A stretch of 64,000 bases of DNA from Candidatus Latescibacterota bacterium (lineage in GTDB: Bacteria > Latescibacterota > UBA2968 > SICM01): positions 1,440,001 through 1,504,000 of the forward strand of contig CBDCJO010000002.1 in assembly GCA_965217865.1 (NCBI GenBank). The letters are read 5' to 3'. Both the position numbers and the translations under genes were made by a program. This document shows positions 29,655-37,228 of the stretch, piece after piece; position 1 is the stretch's first letter, and every line of letters begins with the position of its first letter. The notes beneath the pieces are model-generated. The model was not told where the DNA came from. It worked only from the letters and a program-made list of their open reading frames with translations, and did no database searches.

Positions 29655-30542
29655 GTGAATTTGGTCTTTCTACACGGATTGCCGGGGGTTGGTAAACTCA
29701 CGGTCGCTCGAGAACTTGCCCACCTGACAGGATACAGGGTTTTCCACAACCACTTGACGGTTGACCTGGTCGAGGCGATGTTCGAGTTCGGTACAACCCC
29801 CTTCGTCCAGCTCCGAGAGTCGATATGGCTTTCGGTTTTCCGACAGACTGTGAAAGCCGAGCTTCCTGGCCTTATCTTCACTTTCGTTTTCGAATCAACG
29901 GTCAGAGATTACTTCCTGAGCGATGTGCTCGATGTTATTGCGCCCGGCGGGGGAAGTGTATTGTTTGTGGAGCTCAAATGTCATCAGGAAGAGCTTGAGA
30001 GGCGCCTGGTCGATCCTTCGAGGAGGAAATTTGGCAAGCTTAGTGATGTGGAGATTTTGAGGCGATCGATCCGTGAAGGAAAATACACCACTCCTGAAAT
30101 TTTCAAACAGAACCTGGTGATCGACACGACGGCGTTAGAACAGGCCGCGGTATATGCGAATCGACGCCGGATCAAGGGAGATCGCGGCAAGGCCTTGCGC
30201 CGAAGTCGTGCAGAACGGGTGGAAAGAACCATCGCTCACACATATGATACCGGTGGCATGCGCAGGTTGCACTTGAGAGACCGCGGCAATATCCTCAAGC
30301 GTTTGCTGATCCACATCGGGGGCTGCAACCTGGCTCTGCTCATGCGCAAAGTGATGGGCGTAGGTACTCCGAAGGCCCTCCAGGACCTGCCCAAGGCCTT
30401 GCAGCGTCTACTGCTCGTCCTACAATCACGTTTGCTGCCCTCGGTCACCTTTTTAACCTCTTATCAGCGTCTCCTGCTCAATCTCCTTACCTTGATTTAT
30501 CTGACCCGCACTCCAGGCGTCTTTTCCGTTTATGTGCGTTGA
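29655..30542 (+). CDS. Chimeric ORF: P-loop (AAA_33/shikimate-kinase-like) protein fused in frame to the transposase C-terminus
   Basis: GLPGVGKLT and FHNHL motifs up to VIDTT; from 30141 the sequence matches IS 25810-26233. Confidence 0.85.
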   Translation: MNLVFLHGLPGVGKLTVARELAHLTGYRVFHNHLTVDLVEAMFEFGTTPFVQLRESIWLSVFRQTVKAELPGLIFTFVFESTVRDYFLSDVLDVIAPGGGSVLFVELKCHQEELERRLVDPSRRKFGKLSDVEILRRSIREGKYTTPEIFKQNLVIDTTALEQAAVYANRRRIKGDRGKALRRSRAERVERTIAHTYDTGGMRRLHLRDRGNILKRLLIHIGGCNLALLMRKVMGVGTPKALQDLPKALQRLLLVLQSRLLPSVTFLTSYQRLLLNLLTLIYLTRTPGVFSVYVR

Positions 30543-30564
30543 AAGGTAGTTCTTCAACGGGCTG
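30141..30564 (+). mobile_element. Right-end fragment (424 bp) of the same IS
   Basis: Near-identical to 25810-26233 (three substitutions seen), ending in IRR followed by CTAG at 30565-30568. Confidence 0.92.
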
Positions 30565-30764
30565 CTAGAGAAATCCTCTTCTATTTTTCCATCGTGATAC
30601 ACACTCGAATCGGAACCGGATACTATGGATGGCTTATGGGAAAAGGCGCGCGCAAAATCTCTATTCTGCGTGACGGCACTACCGGGGTTCAGCCGATTCA
30701 GGTTTCCGTATGGTGATCCATGGTACCAGGGGCGACAATAATCCAGTGCTCCATGTTTTTTCAC
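30565..30764 (-). pseudogene. 5' fragment of a hypothetical gene cut at the IS end
   Basis: WYHGSP..L..L.PGS.VTQ.R.FA.AFSHKP; the ORF runs into the IS IRR at CTAG. Confidence 0.55.
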
Positions 30765-30928
30765 TTTCGGTCGAGAACAGTTGCAAATCGATGTAGAGAA
30801 TCCCTGCCGGACAATTTCACCAGCAGGGATTTGAGACGGAACATCATTGCTTACCCGCGGTCATGACCCCTATGTGTAGACCCTCGCTCGAGCTTCTTCG
30901 ATCTGATCTGTGAATTCCCTATCTATTC

Positions 30929-31690
30929 TCAGCTTCCTTGACTCGCAGAGGCCTCGGTCTCCGTGATCCCCAGGAGTTCCTTGGCCTTCTCGACGCACGC
31001 GATCGCATCGTTGCCGTATGCGTCGGCCCCCATCTCTTTGGAGAGCTCCAGGTTCAACGCGGCACCGCCGGCCATTGTTTTGATCTTTTTCCGGAGTCCC
31101 ACCCGTTCAAACTCCTTGATCGTCTTCCCGATGTTCACCATCGTGGTCGTGAGGAGGGCGGACATCCCCACGATCTGCGCGTCATACTTTTTCACGGCCT
31201 CGATGAATTCTTCGGACTCCGTGTTAACCCCAAGATCGTGAACCTTGAACCCGGCGCCGGAAAGCATCATAATACAGAGATTCTTTCCGATGTCGTGTAG
31301 GTCTCCCTTGACGGTACCCATGATCACGGTGCCGATCGGATCGATGCCGGACGCTGAAAGGATGGGATCCAGATGGGCCATTCCGGCCTTCATAGCGCGC
31401 GCGGCAACGAGCACTTCGGGGACAAAGATGATATTGTCGCGGAACTTAACGCCTACCACGGACATACCGGAGATGAGTCCGTCGTCAAGGATGGTGTGCG
31501 CTTCGAATCCATTATCCAGAGCTTCCCGGGTCAACCGGTCCACCTCGTGCTGATCGCCTTGGATCAGGTTATAGGCCATGTCCTGCATGATGGAATCGAC
31601 TTTTTCGAATACGCCACGTATCCGGCTGTTCTCATCGGGCCTCGTGACCCATTTCATTTCCTTTTCGAGCCCTTCGTTGGTAATCGGCAT
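30929..31690 (-). CDS. Corrinoid (B12-binding) methyl-carrier protein
   Basis: Cap domain GM..VG.KF....FVPEVL.AA.AM; GTVKGDLHDIGKN (DxHxxG); SALLTTT; GGA. Confidence 0.93.
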   Translation of the reverse strand: MPITNEGLEKEMKWVTRPDENSRIRGVFEKVDSIMQDMAYNLIQGDQHEVDRLTREALDNGFEAHTILDDGLISGMSVVGVKFRDNIIFVPEVLVAARAMKAGMAHLDPILSASGIDPIGTVIMGTVKGDLHDIGKNLCIMMLSGAGFKVHDLGVNTESEEFIEAVKKYDAQIVGMSALLTTTMVNIGKTIKEFERVGLRKKIKTMAGGAALNLELSKEMGADAYGNDAIACVEKAKELLGITETEASASQGS

Positions 31691-31785
31691 TCAGAAGCCT
31701 TTCCTATTTCTGGAATGAATATTTAAGATTTCGATTCTTCCCAGTTTCCGTTGGAAAGCGAGGTTCTGCGAGGCGACGCATCATC

Positions 31786-32040
31786 GGGCCAACGGCCCGT
31801 GATTCCCAGTCCAACGGGCTGGGTTTGAATGTGGACGAATCAAGCGGGCCAACGGTCCGCGATCCGGATCAATCCCACACATACCGTTCATCGTAGGCCA
31901 CTCGATACCATCCCAACAACTGTCAGGATACGGGACAGGGAATGGGGCTTATCGCGGCCTTTCAGACCGCAAAACGCTATTGCTTTCCAAGGACCCAGGG
32001 CGTTGCCCTTGGTTGAGGGATAACGCGCCGTTGGCGCTGA
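31786..32040. repeat. REP-like intergenic palindromic cluster
   Basis: GGGCCAACGGCCC, CCCAG..CCAACGGGCTGGG, GGGCCAACGGTCC, CAGGGCGTTGCCCT and GCGCCGTTGGCGC hairpins. Confidence 0.55.
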
Positions 32041-32136
32041 AAGAAGACCCTGACTTTAGTCTCGGCTTCTCGATTAGCTCGAAGGGCCGAGTGTCGCGAA
32101 GACAGGGTCCCCTATATTCCACAGAAAGCCAGGATG

Positions 32137-33267
32137 TCAACTGAGCGCTATCGGGTACTTCCCATATTTGTACGTGGCTTCGAGCATGGCGGCATAGTTG
32201 TCGATCGGCACGTACTCCGGGATGGAGTTTCCGGAAGAGACGCAGTAACCTCCGCCGGGGGCGAGGTCGCGTATCCGTGTGCGCACCTCTTCGTCGACTT
32301 CCTGAGGTGTTCCCTTTGTCAGGGTATATTGAAGATCGATGTTGCCCAGCAAGGCGATCCGATCGCCGTATTCCGCCTTTACCTGATTAATGTCGTGAGC
32401 CTGCTTTTCCACGGGATGCCAGCCGGTGATTCCCGTGTCGATGAGCTCGTCGATGATCATGTCGATTTTCCCGTCCGTGTGATAGATCATGGGCTTGTCC
32501 ACGGCTTTGGCCATATCACACATCGTCTTGTAGCAGGGAAAAACGAACTTTCGATAATGATCGGGGTGGACGAGGGGGCCGTTCTTTCCTGAAAGATCGT
32601 CTGCGTGAAAGGTCATTCCCACGGCCGGATGCTCCATGGCGGCTTCCATGGCTCGCTGCTGCAGTGGGACAATTTTTCCGTATATCATCTCGATGAGCTC
32701 GGGGTCATCCAGACAGCTCAGCATGAAGGTTTCCAGGCCCATCATGAACCAGACGCCGGTGAACACTTTTCCGATGATGGCGGTGATCTTCATTCCGGGG
32801 GGGAGCAGCGCGCCGACCTCGTCGAGAACGGAGAAGTCCAGATTGTCCGGTTCGGGCCAGGGGAACTCTGCGAACTCCTCTTTGGTGGTGATCACCCCCT
32901 GGTGCATTTCCGCCCAGTAGCGTTCCGTATAGGCCTCCAGTTCCGCACGATAAGTGCTTGTGGTATGGCTGGAGACAGCCACCTGGTCGGTTCTTTCGAC
33001 TTCCCGACGTTTGGCGTGGACACTGATAACAGTGAGCGACACGGGGTAGGAGTCGTAACCGGCTGTTCGGAAGAATTCCATCTCCTCAGCGTGTCCCTTG
33101 AGCGGCCTTCCCATGAACTGCTCCTTGATCTCAGGCTCGATGCTCATCTCAACAATGGGAACGAAGTCCGGCTCCTGATGGTTCAGGGCGGCCTTCAGTC
33201 GGTCAAAGTCCGGCTTTCTGTCGCCTTTCGCATCCAGGGCCCTCTGTACTGACTCTGAAAACGCCAT
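32137..33267 (-). CDS. Uroporphyrinogen-decarboxylase (URO-D/MtaA-CmuA) family protein
   Basis: EPDFVP, FPWP, HADDL, YHTDG, GNID, GTPQEV, PGGGY..SSGNSI; RBS GGAGG. Confidence 0.9.
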   Translation of the reverse strand: MAFSESVQRALDAKGDRKPDFDRLKAALNHQEPDFVPIVEMSIEPEIKEQFMGRPLKGHAEEMEFFRTAGYDSYPVSLTVISVHAKRREVERTDQVAVSSHTTSTYRAELEAYTERYWAEMHQGVITTKEEFAEFPWPEPDNLDFSVLDEVGALLPPGMKITAIIGKVFTGVWFMMGLETFMLSCLDDPELIEMIYGKIVPLQQRAMEAAMEHPAVGMTFHADDLSGKNGPLVHPDHYRKFVFPCYKTMCDMAKAVDKPMIYHTDGKIDMIIDELIDTGITGWHPVEKQAHDINQVKAEYGDRIALLGNIDLQYTLTKGTPQEVDEEVRTRIRDLAPGGGYCVSSGNSIPEYVPIDNYAAMLEATYKYGKYPIALS

Positions 33268-33403
33268 TGACGTAACCTCCATTGTATACGAATTCTACAA
33301 GGATGTGGGATCACAATATATGCACTTCTAGAGATCCTGCAAAACAAATTTTCCGTGGGAAGGACCCTGTGTTTGAATGAACAAAGGCCTTCCTTTCTGG
33401 CCG

Positions 33404-33982
33404 CTACGCCCACCCCAAGGCGTTCTTGATCTCCTCGCGGCCGTCGAGCTCTGGAGGGGGAAATTCTCCTGCGCGAACCATATCGATGAGTTCTTGAGTG
33501 ACCTTCAGGATGCCAACGAGTTTCGTGCCTGTCACTAGACCGAGTTCGTAAGCCTGGCCGAGGTCGTCGAGATCCAGGACGCTGTGGGTCCTGAGGTCAT
33601 CCTTTATGATGATATCCGCGAAATGGTCCGCAAAAACCCAGGTGTTGTGCGCTTGATAGTAATCCGTATCTCCTACGTGAACATACCAGGTCCATTCTCT
33701 CCCAAGGCCGGAAAAGTGGATATTTTCCATGATTGTACAGCTTCGATCAAGAAGGTAGTAGACTATGGTCGTAGGACCGAAACCTTCCCCAGGGAAAGGC
33801 TTTTCGACGATCAATTTCTCCGAGGGTTGGTACCATCGCCAGTCGTCGTCGTTAGTCTTCCTGAAGGCCTCGGCTTTTTTTCGAATGTGCGCGGACACCA
33901 CTTCGGGTGAATTGACCTTGAACTCCGGTCCTTCTCCGTGTTCTTTTCCAAATCTACGCCATACCACCAAGGTTTTTTTCAT
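33404..33982 (-). CDS. DUF402-like protein
   Basis: WYVHVGD...DHFADIII...VLDLDDL acidic motif; start MKKTLVV at 33982. Confidence 0.65.
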   Translation of the reverse strand: MKKTLVVWRRFGKEHGEGPEFKVNSPEVVSAHIRKKAEAFRKTNDDDWRWYQPSEKLIVEKPFPGEGFGPTTIVYYLLDRSCTIMENIHFSGLGREWTWYVHVGDTDYYQAHNTWVFADHFADIIIKDDLRTHSVLDLDDLGQAYELGLVTGTKLVGILKVTQELIDMVRAGEFPPPELDGREEIKNALGWA

Positions 33983-34076
33983 TTTTGCGAAGCCTTTCGA
34001 TGGTCTGGGTTGGATTTTTGGTGAAGAGAATTGGGGCCTTCCGGCGGATATCAGTGTGCCGAATTCCGGCTCCCAA

Positions 34077-34508
34077 TTATTGGACTCCAAGCAATTCCAC
34101 TTCAAAAATCAGGATGGCGCTTTTCGGGATCCTCGGCGGGTGGCCCCTGAGACCATACCCCAGGGAAGGGGGGACCTTTAACTGCCGGATTCCACCCACC
34201 TTCATCGACAGCACACCTTCGTCCCAACCCTTGATCACCTTCTTCCGTCCGATTTCAAACGTGAAGGGTTGCTTCTTCACAGCCGAACTGTCGAACCGCT
34301 TCCCGTCAGTCAGCCACCCCGTGTAATGCACCGTCACCCGCGCCCCCGGACTCGGAGACGCTCCCACACCGACTTTGATGTCATAATACTGCAGTTCGCT
34401 TGCGGTCTTCACGTAATCCGATTCTGCAACCTGGGTGGGAGCCACGATCCCCACGCCTTGCTTTTTATCCTCAGTCCCCCCCGAAAACAGACGGCTCAGC
34501 CAGCCCAT
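34077..34508 (-). CDS. FKBP-type peptidyl-prolyl isomerase
   Basis: VTVHYTGWLTDGKRFDSS, VIKGWDEG, PPSLGYG, LIFEVELL. Confidence 0.95.
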   Translation of the reverse strand: MGWLSRLFSGGTEDKKQGVGIVAPTQVAESDYVKTASELQYYDIKVGVGASPSPGARVTVHYTGWLTDGKRFDSSAVKKQPFTFEIGRKKVIKGWDEGVLSMKVGGIRQLKVPPSLGYGLRGHPPRIPKSAILIFEVELLGVQ

Positions 34509-34738
34509 GATTTCTTCCCCTTTCGAAAAGAATTAAACGGATTCAGATTTATTCGTCTCCACTAAAGCCGAAAAGGTACGCGATTTTCACTTTGGAGGAG
34601 GATGTATTTCAAAGCCCGCCGGAAAGGGAATCCAAGCGGGCTCTGTTTTGAACGATGTGTTCAGAAAAACGATCGTTTTTCGAGATCCGAAAGCTTAAGC
34701 TTACAGCGCCCACTGAGCCCGAGTCGACAGCAACAAGA

Positions 34739-35134
34739 TTATGATTTGTAGATCAGTGAAGAAACAATTCCGGAACCGAGTCCTTTTAAGACTCCGGCCG
34801 CCACCCATCCCAGTGTGAGGGTAAGCGGTATAGGCAAATAACAGTATGTGGCCAACTGGAGAGAACCCAGAAGCAATCCCAAATATAAACCGAAGCGGAA
34901 CCCTTCGCAAATCCCTTTGCCCTCAGCGTTTCGTGTAAAAATGAACACCGCGATGAAGGAAAAGAAGATCTGGCTCATGAGAATGAAGGCCATCTTTTGT
35001 TCCCCCTCCGGGCGCCACAAATGCGCTGTCTCTTCATAGAGGCCCTTCAGGAGAAGAGTATGGAACAGAAATTCGAACAAGAACACGAAAATAAATACAG
35101 CGATCGAAGAAATTATAAAACGCGGAACGTTCAT
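34739..35134 (-). CDS. Four-TM hypothetical membrane protein
   Basis: Four hydrophobic helices; RBS AGGAGG before ATG 35134. Confidence 0.75.
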   Translation of the reverse strand: MNVPRFIISSIAVFIFVFLFEFLFHTLLLKGLYEETAHLWRPEGEQKMAFILMSQIFFSFIAVFIFTRNAEGKGICEGFRFGLYLGLLLGSLQLATYCYLPIPLTLTLGWVAAGVLKGLGSGIVSSLIYKS

Positions 35135-35254
35135 GACAGCCCTCCTTTGATATGGATTCATTGAATATCGAATATCGGGGAATTGAATATTTGAACAATT
35201 TACGACTTTCTTAGTGATCTTCCAATCTTCAATTTCCTCCTGCCCCTGCCCGGG

Positions 35255-36037
35255 TCAAGCCCGCACCTTTTGTAGGATTCTGGCTTGAAGCAGCCTTTGC
35301 GCGGACATCTCTCCGAAGGATGCGCCGCAGTTCCTTAGATCCTCCACGACTTTGAAGTGGTCATATTTCAACCGGTGGTTCTCCACTTGCCATTCGTTAT
35401 CCTTCCAGGTTACGGTTGCATATCCAGCCCGGGGATCCCCGTCAAACGGAAAACCGACCGAATCGATGATTGCGTACCGCTGGCAGCACGGGAAGCCATA
35501 TGAAGCATAATGGAGATGGCCCGCCAGAATCAGGTTTGCCTTCACATCTCCGAGCAGGACCCTGGCCTCCTCTTCGGGCGTTACCTCCAGGTTCCTGAGC
35601 TTGTCGGCCTTCAATACCAGGACACCGTTAGCATCGGTGGGTGTTGCGTGCACAATGAGAAGGTCGTCTTGGGGAGACTTTCCTCCGGGCGGTGTGATCC
35701 TGTGTTCGAAGGGAAGGCCCTTTATATAATCTACCCCGTCTCTTCCGATCTTTTCCCGGACCCAGTCGAGGTCATCCCCCGAATACGCTCTGTCAACCAC
35801 AAACAGATCTGCGTTTCCGTGGATGATCGGGCATTTCAAGTTGCCCAAGAGGTCGAGGCTCTGAACCGGTTTCGGTCCGGAAAGGACAAGGTCTCCGGCA
35901 ATCACCAGGGCGTCATACGATCGGTGCTTGAGATCGTCCAGCACAACCTCGAGAGCGTCGGCGTTGCCGTGAATATCCGCGATGACTGCCACCGAGTATG
36001 GATGATCGCGAGTCTCTTCACTTATCGAATGGTTCAC
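35255..36037 (-). CDS. Metallophosphoesterase (calcineurin-like)
   Basis: DIHGN, GDLV, GNAD, H, GHLH motifs; C-terminal DGDPRAGY. Confidence 0.9.
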   Translation of the reverse strand: MNHSISEETRDHPYSVAVIADIHGNADALEVVLDDLKHRSYDALVIAGDLVLSGPKPVQSLDLLGNLKCPIIHGNADLFVVDRAYSGDDLDWVREKIGRDGVDYIKGLPFEHRITPPGGKSPQDDLLIVHATPTDANGVLVLKADKLRNLEVTPEEEARVLLGDVKANLILAGHLHYASYGFPCCQRYAIIDSVGFPFDGDPRAGYATVTWKDNEWQVENHRLKYDHFKVVEDLRNCGASFGEMSAQRLLQARILQKVRA

Positions 36038-37038
36038 GCCGGAACGCCCTCAACGATACTCACCCAGGTCGCTGTCCGGGCGATTCGGGTGAGTTTCAAT
36101 CCTGCCTTAGACAGGAGATCCCGATACTGCGCTTCCGTGCGCTCCAACCCCCCGGTCACCGCCATCATGTTTATGTCCATCAACTCACCGATCCCGGACA
36201 TGTTCTCCAGGGGCACAACAATCTCAATCACCAGGACTCTGGCCCCCGTGGGCATCGCGGTTCGGCAGTTCTCGAGGATTTTTACCGCGCTTTCATCGTT
36301 CCAATCGTGGATGATGCGTTTCAGGAGGTATGCATCGTTGTTTTCGGGTACGGCCGTGAAGAAGTCTCCGCCGATGACCCGGCAGCGATCGGCCAGACCC
36401 TCTTTCTCGAACAGCTCGGATGCGCCTTCCGTCACTGAAGGTAAATCGAAAAGGACCCCCTTGAGCGATGGAAAGCCCTTCAATAAGGCGGCCAGAAGGA
36501 AACCGTGTCCGCCGCCCACATCGACAAGGGTACCAAAACCCGAAAAGTCATAGGCCTCTAGGACGGCCTCCGCATCCAGCGTGGAAGCGGATGTCATGGC
36601 TTCGTTGAAGACGGCATGCTCATCGGGCCTGCTTTGTAAATGTTTAAAAATATTTGTTCCAAACACGCTATCGAAAACAGGTTCTCCGGTTTCAACACCG
36701 TGAAGAAGATGGGGCCAGACGCGGTACATCGATTCGCTCCCGTGCATGATGGCATACCCGCGCAAGGAGCCAGGGGTGTCGGTTTTCAACAGCTCCGCTT
36801 GGGGGGTGAGGGCGAACCGGCGGGGCTCCGGTTCCGCGTATATGTCCAGGCTGGACAGCGCCCGCAGGACACGGTAGAGTGACGGCACGTGGGTGCCGGT
36901 GGACTCTGCGAGTTCTTCGACGGATTTTGGACCGTCTTTCAAAAGATCGCTTATGCCCAGCCCTGCGGCTACCGCTATTAATTGTGTTTCTATCTTTCCG
37001 TAGATTCCCCGCAATAATCGTTGTGCCGGGTCTGTCAT
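36034..37038 (-). CDS. O-methyltransferase (Methyltransf_2 + dimerisation domain)
   Basis: LVDVGGGHG, LFDLP, GDFF, IIHDW.D, ERT..QY. Confidence 0.93.
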   Translation of the reverse strand: MTDPAQRLLRGIYGKIETQLIAVAAGLGISDLLKDGPKSVEELAESTGTHVPSLYRVLRALSSLDIYAEPEPRRFALTPQAELLKTDTPGSLRGYAIMHGSESMYRVWPHLLHGVETGEPVFDSVFGTNIFKHLQSRPDEHAVFNEAMTSASTLDAEAVLEAYDFSGFGTLVDVGGGHGFLLAALLKGFPSLKGVLFDLPSVTEGASELFEKEGLADRCRVIGGDFFTAVPENNDAYLLKRIIHDWNDESAVKILENCRTAMPTGARVLVIEIVVPLENMSGIGELMDINMMAVTGGLERTEAQYRDLLSKAGLKLTRIARTATWVSIVEGVPA

Positions 37039-37059
37039 TCGGATTTTTCCTTCATGACA

Positions 37060-37172
37060 CCCCTCCCCCGGCCCCTCCCCGATGCGGGGAGGGGAGGTAA
37101 TGCGATTGTAGTTTAGCTAAATTAAAGGCTTTATCCCCCTTCCCGTTTCGGGAAGGGGGTTTGGGGGTTAGG
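37060..37172. repeat. REP-like paired GC-rich hairpins
   Basis: CCCCTCCCCG-ATG-CGGGGAGGGG and CCCCCTTCCCG-TTT-CGGGAAGGGGG, the latter followed by GGGGGTTAGG. Confidence 0.6.
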
Positions 37173-37228
37173 TTTGACTCCTTGCCCAATTTTGTACGTC
37201 CGTCAAGTATATTCTGTAATGAAAGACT

